DNA of 64,000 nt from Ignavibacteriota bacterium (lineage in GTDB: Bacteria; Bacteroidota; Ignavibacteria; UBA10030): NCBI GenBank assembly GCA_963727825.1, contig CAVSHO010000011.1, positions 128,001-192,000 on the forward strand, given 5' to 3'. Position numbers and translations under genes: made by a program. Of this stretch, positions 40,198 through 51,258 are shown piece after piece. The stretch's first letter is position 1; the number at the start of each line of letters is the position of its first letter. The notes under the pieces are model-generated. The model had not been told where the DNA came from. It was given only the letters and a program-made list of their open reading frames with translations, and made no database searches.

Positions 40198-42030
40198 TTA
40201 TAGGTTAAGAAGTTGGATAATGTCGAATCTCTTCATTCTGGAAAGTTCAACTTTGAGTTCCTTGCGTTTATCTTTGTCATAGAGAAAGAAAAAGAGCTGC
40301 TGAATTTTCTTTTCCTTTATCGAACGCGGTATATTTATTTTTTCCAAAGTGTAAGGATCGAACCCAGTATAGAACATCACTGAAGCAAGTGTCATGGGTG
40401 TTGGCGTAAAATCCTGAACCTGTTCTAGCTTGATATTCAGTTTTTGCATTTGGACAGAAATATCGGCCATATCATCAAGCCCGCTCGCCGGTAGGCTCGA
40501 AATAAAATATGGGATCAATTGCTGGTTTAATCCATATTCCCGGCAAATTCCTAGGAATCGGTTATATAAATTAATGAATAAATCAAAGGAAGGTTTGCGC
40601 AAGAGTTTTAAAACTTTCTCCGAAGTATGTTCCGGGGCAACTTTTAATCTCCCAGAAACATGATGGAGAACAAGCTCCTTGAAATATTCGAGCGACGAAG
40701 GATTGATAGGCTTATTCTTTTTATCGAGAATAAGATCATACCTGATCCCGCTTCCAACCGTAATTTTTTTAATGCCTTTCACCTTCCTTGACTCTTTATA
40801 CAATTCGATGAGAGGAGTGCAATCGGCATCTAAATTCTTGCATAGAATAGGGTACAAACACGATGGTCGTTTGCATGCGGCACATTGTTTAGAGTTAATG
40901 CCACTCATCATGTACATATTTGCTGAAGGACCGCCTAAATCGGTAATGTGGCCTTTAAAAGATGGAGCAACGGCAATAGTTTTCAATTCTTTCAGTATAG
41001 AAGCCTGTGAGCGGCTTGAAATAAACTTTCCTTGATGAGCAGAAATTGTACAGAACGAACATCCTCCAAAACATCCTCGATGAATCGTGACAGAATCTTT
41101 GATCATTTCATACGCCGGGATCAGCTCTTTTCTATTATATCTTGGATGCGGCCGGCGAGTGAACGGCAGATTATAAATACTGTCGATTTCTGTTTGCGAG
41201 AGCACCGGAAACGGTGGATTGACTATGATGTATACATCCCCAATTTTTTCAGCAAGAGGCCGTTGTTCAATTTTATTTGATTCCTCTTCGATCATCACAA
41301 AATTGCGGGCAAATGCTTTCTTGCTTATCACACATTCTTCATAAGATGCAAGCGAAACTATTTTATCATTTCGTGTGAATGGAAATTCTTTTGTGCAAAA
41401 AGTCGTTTGGGGAATTTGTGTTATGCTTTCAATGTTTTCGCCGTTGCTTAATCTGCCAGCTATTGCGACAACAGCTTTTTCTGCCATTCCATAAGCAATC
41501 AAATCTGCGCTTGAATCGATTAATATGGAAGGCCTCAAAGAGTCGCTCCAATAATCATAATGCGTAAGGCGGCGAAGCGAAGCTTCAATACCCCCAATAA
41601 TTAAGGGAACATGAGGATAAAGCGATTTCAGTATTTTTGAATAGATTTGTACTGCATAATCGGGCCTCTGCCCTGCTTTATCTCCGGGAGTAAATGCATC
41701 GTTTGAACGGAGGCGTTTGTTTGCTGTGTAATGATTCACCATGGAATCCATATTCCCCGATGTAACTCCGAAAAACAACCTGGGCACTCCCATTTTTTTA
41801 AAGTCCCTAAGATCATCGCGCCAATTAGGTTGCGGAACAATGGCGACTTTATATCCTGCTTTTTCTAGTATTCGAGCAATAATCGCTGCACCAAATGCCG
41901 GATGGTCAACAAATGCATCTCCTGTAAATATAATAACGTCGGCTTGTTCCCAACCGAGTTCTTGCATTTCTTTTAGAGAAGTGGGAAAGGTGTTCCCTTT
42001 TTTATTTACTTGAGTCCAATTACTTTTCAT
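40198..42030 (-). CDS. ygiQ: YgiQ-family radical SAM protein
   Basis: GDAFVDHP, GNMDSMVNHYT, RGCFGGCSFC, QVQDFTPTP. Confidence 0.9.
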   Translation of the reverse strand: MKSNWTQVNKKGNTFPTSLKEMQELGWEQADVIIFTGDAFVDHPAFGAAIIARILEKAGYKVAIVPQPNWRDDLRDFKKMGVPRLFFGVTSGNMDSMVNHYTANKRLRSNDAFTPGDKAGQRPDYAVQIYSKILKSLYPHVPLIIGGIEASLRRLTHYDYWSDSLRPSILIDSSADLIAYGMAEKAVVAIAGRLSNGENIESITQIPQTTFCTKEFPFTRNDKIVSLASYEECVISKKAFARNFVMIEEESNKIEQRPLAEKIGDVYIIVNPPFPVLSQTEIDSIYNLPFTRRPHPRYNRKELIPAYEMIKDSVTIHRGCFGGCSFCTISAHQGKFISSRSQASILKELKTIAVAPSFKGHITDLGGPSANMYMMSGINSKQCAACKRPSCLYPILCKNLDADCTPLIELYKESRKVKGIKKITVGSGIRYDLILDKKNKPINPSSLEYFKELVLHHVSGRLKVAPEHTSEKVLKLLRKPSFDLFINLYNRFLGICREYGLNQQLIPYFISSLPASGLDDMADISVQMQKLNIKLEQVQDFTPTPMTLASVMFYTGFDPYTLEKINIPRSIKEKKIQQLFFFLYDKDKRKELKVELSRMKRFDIIQLLNL

Positions 42031-42286
42031 TTTTCTATTTATAGTCTCTGATTTTGCATTATTTAATAATGTACGTTATTAATTTTTTTCTTGCTTAGAA
42101 TGGAGACATCTACTAAGAAAAATAAATATTATCTCAACGGCATAGTGTATCGTCGACCAAAGGGCAGTAATCAACAGTTGTCAGATTTTTTTTTAATTTA
42201 GGTGAAGAAGGATCGAAAGGAGGTTTTATGCTAAAGTAGGTTAGAGAAATCTTATTAATCACAGCCATCTCACTGATATTTGAATG

Positions 42287-42691
42287 CTACCATTCCTTCA
42301 GGCTCAATGTCACCGTTCTTCCTAAACGTATACCTGATATTACGGTGCAAGAAATATTCTGATCTGTTTCGATCACTTTGCCATGTCCGATAACTACATT
42401 CTTTGGAATTCCATCAGATAGGTCAACTATACCAAAACTTGTACCTTTCTCGCTTGACACTTGAATTAAAAGCTTCGTCTTCGCCGGCATCGGTTTGTTA
42501 ATGGATGCCATGATCTTCCAATTGTTGGAATAGGTCGACAGGTTATAGTGTTGCTCTACCATTTTACTGTGAAAAGCGAGGAATCGATTGGAACCATTGT
42601 TCACCGAAATGAAACCTAAGAGCCTTATTTCATATGCACCGAGTGATGCTATTGACAGGAAGAATACAAGCACTAATAAACATTTTCGCAT
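42287..42691 (-). CDS. Exported fimbrial-like protein, paralog 1 of 3
   Basis: Signal peptide; mature domain nearly identical to the next two genes. Confidence 0.7.
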   Translation of the reverse strand: MRKCLLVLVFFLSIASLGAYEIRLLGFISVNNGSNRFLAFHSKMVEQHYNLSTYSNNWKIMASINKPMPAKTKLLIQVSSEKGTSFGIVDLSDGIPKNVVIGHGKVIETDQNISCTVISGIRLGRTVTLSLKEW

Positions 42692-43242
42692 TTTTTAAAT
42701 CCCTCCATTCATCACTATATGTATTCCTGATAACCATTAAGATTGCCTGTGATGGAAATATCGGAAATCGGCTTCATTTCAAATGTGACCGATTGTGTAA
42801 TGCTATTATTACTACTTTGTGAGCGTAGTTTAACAGATGTTGTGACTACTAGTAGGAAAAGGACTATGACACTAAGTATTTTCACCTGTATTGATTCTAA
42901 AATTTCTAACGAATAAACAGGGGAAATGGTTCCTGTACTTAAGAATGTATGGTCTTTATATGCTCATAGATAATTGAACTTTTATAATTGAATTGCATGT
43001 TATAATGATACATTGTTGTGTCATCGAGCTTTTGGGGGTAACGTTTATCCTATAATTAATGGGATTCTTAATAAAAAAAATCACACTGGCATATAGATTG
43101 ACTAATATTCCTTGTTCCTATTTAATCAGTTAATAGGAATTAAATCGACGTTGGATGCAGAACAAATCTATGGAGACGTGTACAGAGATACGTAGTTTAT
43201 AGAAGTCTTATTTCCTACTGCCATTATGCTGATATTTGAGTG

Positions 43243-43704
43243 CTACCATTCCTTCAGGCTCAATGTCACTGTTCTTCCTAAACATGTACCTGATATAACG
43301 GTGCAAGAAATATTCTGATCTGTTTCGACCACTTTACCATTTCCGATAACTACATTCTTTGGAATTCCATCAGATAGGTCAACTATACCAAAACTTGTAC
43401 CTTTCTCGCTTGACACTTGAATTAAAAGCTTCGTCTTCGCCGGCATCGGTTCGTCAATGGATGCAATGATCTTCCAATTATTGGAATAGGTTGACAGGTT
43501 ATAGTGTCGCACTACCCTTTTACTATGAAAAGCAAAGAATCGATTGGAACCATTATTCACTGAAATGAAACCTAAAGGCTTTATTTCAAAAGCACCGAGT
43601 GATGCAATGGTTATCATTATAGCCAATAGGAAAAGGACTATGGTAATAGGACTTTTCAACCTCCACCCTGTGTAATCTTTAACAAAAAGATTTTTTATAG
43701 TCAA
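43243..43704 (-). CDS. Exported fimbrial-like protein, paralog 2 of 3 (different N-terminus)
   Basis: Same mature domain, unrelated leader, TTG start uncertain. Confidence 0.62.
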   Translation of the reverse strand: MTIKNLFVKDYTGWRLKSPITIVLFLLAIMITIASLGAFEIKPLGFISVNNGSNRFFAFHSKRVVRHYNLSTYSNNWKIIASIDEPMPAKTKLLIQVSSEKGTSFGIVDLSDGIPKNVVIGNGKVVETDQNISCTVISGTCLGRTVTLSLKEW

Positions 43705-43832
43705 GTACTTTTTTATTTAAATTCTATTAAAACATCCTCGCAATCCAGCCCGCCTGCTGCGGGCAGGCGTACGCGGGAGTCTAATGTTCTAGATACCTTC
43801 TGACTTTGCCGGGACGGGAATGACGCCACAAA

Positions 43833-43856
43833 CGGCGGGGTATTAAACCCGAAAAA
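43833..43856. repeat. 24-bp repeat also at 50496-50519, within REP-like palindrome clusters
   Basis: CGGCGGGGTATTAAACCCGAAAAA exact in both places; related GTCATTCC/GGAATGAC palindromes near 44794 and 48360. Confidence 0.65.
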
Positions 43857-43942
43857 GAACAAATCTATTGAGGCGTGTAAAGAGATAAATCGTAGTTTAG
43901 AGAAGTCTTATATCCTGCTGCCACTATGCTGATATTTGAGTG

Positions 43943-44347
43943 TTACCATTCCTTTAAGTTTAATGTCACCGTTCTTCCTAAACGTGTACCAGATATAACG
44001 GTGCAAGAAATATTCTGATCTGTTTCGACCACATTGCCATTTCCGATAACTACATTCTTTGGAGTCCCATCCGACAGGTCAACTATGCCAAGACTTGTAC
44101 CTTTCTTGCTTGACACTTGAATTAAAAGCTTTGTTTTCGCCGGCATTGGCTCATCAATGGATGCTATGATCTTCCAATTATTGGAATAGGTCGACAGGTT
44201 ATAGTGCCGCTCCACCATTTTACTATGAAAAGCGAGGAATCGATTGGAACCATTATTCACCGATATGAAACCTAAGGGCTTCATTTCATAAGCGCCGATC
44301 GATGCAATTGACACGAAGAATACAAGTGCTAATAGACATTGTCGCAT
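43943..44347 (-). CDS. Exported fimbrial-like protein, paralog 3 of 3
   Basis: MRQCLL start matches the MRKCLL start of paralog 1. Confidence 0.7.
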   Translation of the reverse strand: MRQCLLALVFFVSIASIGAYEMKPLGFISVNNGSNRFLAFHSKMVERHYNLSTYSNNWKIIASIDEPMPAKTKLLIQVSSKKGTSLGIVDLSDGTPKNVVIGNGNVVETDQNISCTVISGTRLGRTVTLNLKEW

Positions 44348-44979
44348 TTTTTTAAATCCTAACTGGTATTTTGTATTTATATTTGAATGCATGGTTTTCA
44401 TTTACGAAGTGAATAGTTCACTTTGGATGCCATACAGACCAACCCTGACTTGTTTTTATGGGTTCTGTTAAACTATTGGAAACAAAGGAGTTAGGGCGTA
44501 GACAAAAAACAGCAGATTTTATCTTAGGTGTAAAAAATTGAATTTTCTACAATGGTGATTCTGAGAATACAATTGATATCTATGAAAGAATCAGGATGGT
44601 AACAAAATAGGTAGATTGAGTGGAGTTTATTGCTGAACAAAATTGGAATTGTGGCAGAAGTCCATTGCGTTTTCTCTGGCACTCAAAACGTCAAAAAACT
44701 GCTATAACGGAGTTATAATGCCAAACGAAGATATGTAGTAGGAGAGTAAAAAGATTTATTCCCTACTATGTTCAATATCCAGACACTTGTGTGGTCATTC
44801 CGGCGTTCCGAAGGAATCACTTTGTGAAAAGCCGGAATCCAGTAAATGAATACCAGCATACGTTGGCATAACAAACATCTCACTGCTTATAGCAAGGATT
44901 ATTTATTTGGTAATTGCAAAAACCGGTGGAATATTATCGGACGAAGAGAAAACTACTCATGTGTTTCATCTTCTGTTTT

Positions 44980-47900
44980 TCATTTTTCCTCGAGGAGATT
45001 GTTCAATGCTTTTAAGCGAGATTCTACATTACGAGCATGGACATTATCAGGATACTGTTCATTGAGAGTCTGATAAGTGTTTCGGGCTTTTTCTCGCTCA
45101 CCTGTCTGCTCGTACGATCTGCCCAACATATAGTACGCATCAGGTTTTTTATTTGACGAATTAATAGCAATAACTTTTTGGAAATGCTCTATCGCGTTAT
45201 TATAATCACGGGTAGCATAATTGCATTCACCCATCCAATACTCACAATTACCGACGAGAGATGTTTCAATTCCCATCTCAATTAGACTGTTAAATTTCAC
45301 AAATGCCTCTTCGTACTTCTTCTCGCGGAACAGTGAAACTGCATCGGCATATTCTTCACGAAGCAAGGAATCACTATTTGCCTTCGATTCTGGCTGCGGC
45401 TCGGTCTCAGCTATTTCTTTATGAAGAGAAGTATCGATACCTTCATTCTGAGTTGGAATTGCTATCTGTTCCGTATATTCTTTGAGAATGGTGGAATCAG
45501 TTTTTTCTCTCTTCCCAGGCATAGAAATAATGAACTTTCTGACGGTATCTCTGGCTATGACTTTTGTCGTATCCATTTCTTGAACAGGTTTTGTAGTTTT
45601 TAACAGGCTTTCGCATACAATGACAAGGTCTTCAACTATATCCCCTTGCTTCGAGTGATGCACAGTAACAGGAAGCGGCCCGTTCTGCTGGATTGCTTGA
45701 AGAAATTTAAGTTGCTCGGGATCGACCGCAAGTGTGTAGCTCCCCGGCGCTACAGCCATTGCGTAGAATCCCCCATCAGCAAATGTGCGAAGCGTATCGC
45801 CGAAATTTCCTTTGGTGGCACGCATAATTACTCGGCTTCCACTGAGTGGAGTACGCATTCCATCCCTTTCTAAATAGACATTTCCAGAAATTGTCCCGGC
45901 GCGATAGAATGGGATTTCAATTCTCCTCATTTGATTCGGATCAACGACAAAAGAGAACTTATCGATTGTCGGCACTAAATTAGGATCGATCTGTTGTCTG
46001 TCGACCTCTAAATTGTAACGGAAGTAACTTTCCAGCTGCGTTACCCGGATAATACTGTCCCTACCAAGCTCGATCTTGCCCATTCCGTCTACTTTAATTC
46101 CGTTCGCGGGAATGAGCTCATCTCCGGCATCGTACTTACCGTTATAGTTGTTATCGACAAACAATAATACATCAATGCCCCCTTTACCGATCTGTTCGCG
46201 ATTTGATAGGAACGCCGTGCCGCGGTCAAGTGCCACTGAGCCATAAATTGATTGGCGGGAAGTACTGCTTTCATGTGAGAAGAAATCGAAGACCGAAGAT
46301 GTTCGCGTAAAATTTAGGTCCATAATCAGGCCAGCCTCAAACGAAGTAGTGTGGATTGCAAAGTTGCGCTCATATCCCAGATTGAATTGGAAGATCTGCA
46401 TAAATGTTTTAGAAAATTGGAGGCTCGCGTCCTGAAGGGTCCTGGCTTGCAAATCGTATATTGCCTGGCCACGCAGGAGAAATGCCTGCAGGAAATTTGG
46501 AAGAAACGATGAGCGAGGCAGCGTGTACATAAGCGTTGTTGTGAAGAGACCGTTACCGGCTAAGTTCAATGGACTTACATCAGTGCCAACTGTTACTTCA
46601 CTATAGCTCATCAGCAGCTGCATATTGGTAAACTGGGTTGAAAGATCGAATCGAGTTGACAAATGTTTTCCCGACACAGCATCCGTGTAGTCCTCGGAGA
46701 TCCTGAATCCGGTGCCGGCAGAGATAAACGCGAGAGGCAAGGAGAGAGCCAGGCTTGCATTCTGCTGCGGCGATGTGCCGATAAGCGTATCATTCAATAC
46801 ATATTTTGCGTACGAGGCAAACACGCCGGCGTTGGAGGCAAATAAAGCATTCGCATTCAAGAGGTAATACGCATTCGGCGCTACATTGACATTGAAAATG
46901 TACTGGGAAAACAAGCGGGATGAAAATCCAAAATTATATATCGGTTTCTGGAGACCGGTATTATCGCTGCGCTCGAGGCCGCCGTTGAGCGTTAGCCAGT
47001 TCGCAGCGCCATAGAGTAAATTTGCATTTCCATAATACGCATTATTCGTCGATACTGTATTATTATCCACTTTTCCTGCTTGTACATTGTAACTAAGAAT
47101 CCCCTTTGGTACAAACGAGAATGGTATCTGAATTTGTTTCTCACTAACATTTATATCACCATATTTGGAAAACGTTTTAACTGTAATTTTCTCTGTTCCG
47201 TACGTAAGCGGAAATTGAAATCGGTAGTAGCCCGCCGCGTTAGCTTTCTGAAAAGCAACCAGGCGGTCATTAAGGTACAATTCAACCTCGGACTGGGGAT
47301 CGGTGAATCCATCAACGACATAATTATCAAACATTACACGAGGTTCGACGGGCTCATTTGATAAGGCAATGCCGTTGACTCTCGGAATAAAATTGCTGCC
47401 GGTCGTAATCTGACCTGCCGTGAACGAGCTAAAATAGTTATTCCCCCGTACAACGTAACGCCAGTGGAGGTCGTCTACAGAAGCGGACTGCCCCGTTGTA
47501 CCAATCAGGCTACCCTGAATATCCCCTCCAGCCACTTCACCCCCGCCAGTGAGCGTATAATTCGTTCCCTGTGACGAGAATTTGTCTAACGAAGTAGATA
47601 TGTTGTAGTCTAGGACGGAGCCACCGAGGACTGAACGATCGAGAGCATAACGCAGCGGATATTTCACCGACGGGCCGAAGTCGCTTCCTACTTCCGAGCG
47701 TGCCAACGCTGCCTTCTTGCGAACGAGCGCAGGTAATTCCTTGGACGTCTCGCCGATAATCTGAAGACGGTTAATATTGACTGTGCTGCTGATACCAAAG
47801 ATTTCTTCGAATTTTTCAGTAGATATGTAAATATCCATCTCCCCTTTGAACATCTCTTCCAGCGTCAGTACATATACTTTATCTCCAAGGGAAATCTCAT

Positions 47901-48237
47901 GCCTGACCGGATTGATTGTCATTGGTATTGCAGAGGAGATATATGTCCCTTTAATGATATATTGTCCCTCGATGGTATAATACACTTCAAAGATATTAAA
48001 CAATTCTATAATAGGAAGATAGATTTTGTCATTCTTAATTGCGACTGATATGTTATAGCTGCCCAATTCCTTGAGAGTGTACCCAAATATTACTTCATCA
48101 TATTGGGAGGCTTGCTGCGATAGCGATTGGGATGGAACAAGAAAATAGAATAAAAAAAATATACTAAGCGTTAATAGCAGATTTCGCACAACGCCATTAT
48201 GGTTTTTTGATGGGATGAACTCACATTCCAGCGACAC
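44980..48237 (-). CDS. Usher-like outer-membrane protein with C-terminal CpoB/YbgF-like TPR domain
   Basis: SVLDYN, EVELYLNDRLV, beta-rich core, FVDNNYNGKYD; TPR tail YWMGECNY...AYYMLGRSYE. Confidence 0.65.
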   Translation of the reverse strand: MSLECEFIPSKNHNGVVRNLLLTLSIFFLFYFLVPSQSLSQQASQYDEVIFGYTLKELGSYNISVAIKNDKIYLPIIELFNIFEVYYTIEGQYIIKGTYISSAIPMTINPVRHEISLGDKVYVLTLEEMFKGEMDIYISTEKFEEIFGISSTVNINRLQIIGETSKELPALVRKKAALARSEVGSDFGPSVKYPLRYALDRSVLGGSVLDYNISTSLDKFSSQGTNYTLTGGGEVAGGDIQGSLIGTTGQSASVDDLHWRYVVRGNNYFSSFTAGQITTGSNFIPRVNGIALSNEPVEPRVMFDNYVVDGFTDPQSEVELYLNDRLVAFQKANAAGYYRFQFPLTYGTEKITVKTFSKYGDINVSEKQIQIPFSFVPKGILSYNVQAGKVDNNTVSTNNAYYGNANLLYGAANWLTLNGGLERSDNTGLQKPIYNFGFSSRLFSQYIFNVNVAPNAYYLLNANALFASNAGVFASYAKYVLNDTLIGTSPQQNASLALSLPLAFISAGTGFRISEDYTDAVSGKHLSTRFDLSTQFTNMQLLMSYSEVTVGTDVSPLNLAGNGLFTTTLMYTLPRSSFLPNFLQAFLLRGQAIYDLQARTLQDASLQFSKTFMQIFQFNLGYERNFAIHTTSFEAGLIMDLNFTRTSSVFDFFSHESSTSRQSIYGSVALDRGTAFLSNREQIGKGGIDVLLFVDNNYNGKYDAGDELIPANGIKVDGMGKIELGRDSIIRVTQLESYFRYNLEVDRQQIDPNLVPTIDKFSFVVDPNQMRRIEIPFYRAGTISGNVYLERDGMRTPLSGSRVIMRATKGNFGDTLRTFADGGFYAMAVAPGSYTLAVDPEQLKFLQAIQQNGPLPVTVHHSKQGDIVEDLVIVCESLLKTTKPVQEMDTTKVIARDTVRKFIISMPGKREKTDSTILKEYTEQIAIPTQNEGIDTSLHKEIAETEPQPESKANSDSLLREEYADAVSLFREKKYEEAFVKFNSLIEMGIETSLVGNCEYWMGECNYATRDYNNAIEHFQKVIAINSSNKKPDAYYMLGRSYEQTGEREKARNTYQTLNEQYPDNVHARNVESRLKALNNLLEEK

Positions 48238-48494
48238 TTTATTCCTAAAAAAAACTTCCTCTTTGAGGGTGTTTTCATGTACCCTATAGCGTTGTTACCA
48301 TCCCGATTGTTTATAACAATCGGGATTTTTTAGATTTTTACTTAAAATCGATAAATAAGATTCCCGCTTACGCGGGAATGACAATCTATCGGACAACCTT
48401 AAAAAGGAAAATGAATTGAAAATTTCTTTTTTTACAGATGAATCTGCTATATAACAATAGTTACATGTACGTTCTGTTATGATGCCGCAATGGA

Positions 48495-49343
48495 TCATTG
48501 CAAATTCACGGCCACTTCTTTAGTCACAGGTTGGGCTTGCAACAAATCTTCCGTCGCAACATCCGACCGCTTGGTTTCAAATGTCAGAAGAAGTTTATAC
48601 TTACCCTTTGCCACTTTTGAAAGGTCAAGGTCTATTTTGTTTTTCATGCGAAAATAAATTGATGCTGTCGCCTCGGACAAAGCTACCTTTTCATTTGCAG
48701 CAGAAAACAATTCTGCCTTCATACTGCCGACGTAAGGCGCGTTGCCAGTACGCTCCACATCCGCAACAACAGTTAGCTTATTGTCCTTCAATGCTGTATT
48801 AACATCGTGTACGATCAGGCCGGTAGAGACATTCCCTTTCCTGTAGAAAACAGGAAATATCTGGTCAAACTTGAAATTGACTTGTGCCGTGATTGCATCG
48901 GTTACTTTTTTCCCGATGTCGGGCGTTTTCTGAGCCGACGTTACCTTAACTCTGGAAAAAAAGAAAGCATCCTTAACAGAACTCTTCGTGCGCACTTGCA
49001 ACCTAACAGTTTGTTCTTGTTTAGCATTCAAAATAAAACTTCTTGGATAAGCACGGACCATTGGATTTAGCGCGTACGTTTTTGCAGCAACCGTATCGTT
49101 GTAATTCATTACGGCATTGCCCATACTGTCAGCATCGGTATATCCAAATGCAAAGCTTATGCTCACTTCTTGAGGAGCTGCAGAATTGTTTGTGATATAC
49201 ATATTCCCGATCCCGCTCTTGGAATCAATAAAGAGAATCGAGGGCGCTACGGTTACCTGGGCAAAAAGCATTTCTGTCCCCAGGAATATTATGGGTATCA
49301 GGAAGACAAATAATCTGGAACTGCAACACGACAGGCGTTTCAT
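48495..49343 (-). CDS. Periplasmic pilus-assembly chaperone-like protein
   Basis: Signal peptide; YPRSFILNAKQEQTVRL and VERTGNA match PapD-like patterns. Confidence 0.65.
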   Translation of the reverse strand: MKRLSCCSSRLFVFLIPIIFLGTEMLFAQVTVAPSILFIDSKSGIGNMYITNNSAAPQEVSISFAFGYTDADSMGNAVMNYNDTVAAKTYALNPMVRAYPRSFILNAKQEQTVRLQVRTKSSVKDAFFFSRVKVTSAQKTPDIGKKVTDAITAQVNFKFDQIFPVFYRKGNVSTGLIVHDVNTALKDNKLTVVADVERTGNAPYVGSMKAELFSAANEKVALSEATASIYFRMKNKIDLDLSKVAKGKYKLLLTFETKRSDVATEDLLQAQPVTKEVAVNLQ

Positions 49344-49432
49344 TCTGATATTTTCCCCTTTCTTAAAGAATTTATAATCCTAGAGAGAACGTAAATGTCA
49401 CTCATTCAGGAAATAAGCAACATAATAACAAA

Positions 49433-49460
49433 CAGAAAGCCCTGACGTAAGGGCTTCCTG
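49433..49460 (-). terminator. Hairpin/terminator after the putative major pilin
   Basis: AAGCCCT-loop-AGGGCTT stem. Confidence 0.5.
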
Positions 49461-49509
49461 TTTATAACATTCTAATAAAGCAATAACTAATGATAATTGC
49501 AACGATTTT

Positions 49510-50022
49510 CTATTTGTATTCGACTGAAAAAGTCGATGCGCCTGTGAATGCACCCAGATCCGTACCTGTTGTCATGGTTCCTCCAACCCACAGAGAATAA
49601 TTGTTACTACTCGGTACCACGTCAGCACCAGAACTCAATAAACTAGCGTTTGCTAGTGAACTAGGGTCACCATAAACAGTGAGTGCCAACGACAAGGTTT
49701 TTCCTCCTGGACCGTTGAGCGTAATAGGTGATTGCCAACTTACTAAAACATCTGTATTTGCTCCAGTGATTGTAACCGTGCCAGCGGCAGCTTGGGAACC
49801 TAAATATGCGTTATTGGTTGAAGTTTTGGGATCGAGAACAACCGACCTGCTTGCCGGAACGTTACCAAACGCTATGTCGGTTTTAGCAATCGATAAAGCT
49901 GATATAACAGTCGCATTAGCATTGACATTGGTACTAACATTAGTCTGTGCCTGCATATTGCCGGCGACTAAAATCACCAGAATTGCTACTAAAAGGGTGG
50001 ATGTAAAAATATTGCGTAACAT
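49510..50022 (-). CDS. DUF4402-like putative major pilin
   Basis: GGAGG RBS; ANATVISALSI...IAFG; LWVGG...GAFTG...VEY. Confidence 0.7.
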   Translation of the reverse strand: MLRNIFTSTLLVAILVILVAGNMQAQTNVSTNVNANATVISALSIAKTDIAFGNVPASRSVVLDPKTSTNNAYLGSQAAAGTVTITGANTDVLVSWQSPITLNGPGGKTLSLALTVYGDPSSLANASLLSSGADVVPSSNNYSLWVGGTMTTGTDLGAFTGASTFSVEYK

Positions 50023-50104
50023 ATGTACCTCCATTAAATTATTTGTTTATTTATTGTGTATTAATTTTGTTTATTGCTTCTATTAATTTCTTTCTTTACT
50101 TATC

Positions 50105-50120
50105 TCAATCTCCGTGCCAA
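50105..50120 (-). promoter_or_regulatory. Sigma54-type promoter for the putative major pilin
   Basis: TTGGCACGGAGATTGA (GG-N10-GA). Confidence 0.6.
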
Positions 50121-50661
50121 CATAAATTCCCGCTTTTTTCAACGATTTTCAAGCATTTAAAAAACTATTATGTCCATAATGAGATTGCTGACTCATATTG
50201 AGAATTTTGATATTTACTGTAAACACGCGATATTCTCAAAAAACCAATATTCTCAATATATTTCAGTATCATAATGATACATAATTGTTATATACTTATT
50301 CTTATAATGGTATTTTACAATATTTTAAGGTTTTTAAAATACACATTTATTGATCGATTAGCAAATGATGTTACAAACCATACTGTCTTTTCTTAGTGTC
50401 CGAAATATGGGGTAAGGATCACCGAAACAAGTGGCGCTGTACACCATGGCGCCAAAGGCGCTCATTCGGCATGACAATCTATAATACGACGCAAGCGGCG
50501 GGGTATTAAACCCGAAAAATAATGAAACCATTAACAAATATTGTTTTAGAAGAATATACTATGGGACAGTTTCTTCGAAGTTCAGAGATTAAAAAGTCGA
50601 ATTATCAAAAGGATTTTATAGCTATTTGTTGCTGGATTAATCTATAGAAGAATGGGTCTTT

Positions 50662-51254
50662 TTACAAATACTCGAGAGTTATAATCGAGACAGGCAATTT
50701 ACCATTATTACTTATTGTAGCTTTCTGATGATGGACTAAGAAAAATGTATACGCGACAAAAAGTGGGTCAATAGCTTTCATCGAGCGCTTTAAAAGATTA
50801 TTATTTCTTAATCTAAATTGCACAAAATTTCCGTCTGTGATTATCGCCCGATTGAAATAAGTTGTCCCATCATTTAAATATCCGCAGTTAATTCGCATCG
50901 GATAGACACTCTGTTCATTCTTTTGAGACAATCCGGGCTTGTAAAACTCAGAAGAACAGTAATATTTTCATAAGCTGAGATAGAGAATCCAAAATCGAGG
51001 CTAACGATATCTTCATTACCAGGTTTTGCTGATGCCAATTCATTCAAATGTGTTATATCTTCTGCAAACAAAGTTCTCAAGTTATCATCCATCCTAGTAA
51101 TATTTACAGATGGTAAAACATTTAGCTTGACCTTCATCAAAGGCGTTATTTGTGCCTGACTCTCTCCCGACAGCCCGACGATCAATGCCATTGCGACTAC
51201 CGCAGTTCCGATTATGCGAGCATGGAAGCTATGCCATCTTTGATTCGTCATAGC
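50662..51254 (-). CDS. Pilin-like protein split by a frameshift near 50932
   Basis: Signal-peptide ORF (from MTNQ) overlaps an ORF ending ITLEYL, the same terminal motif as its neighbours. Confidence 0.55.
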
Positions 51255-51258
51255 TATA

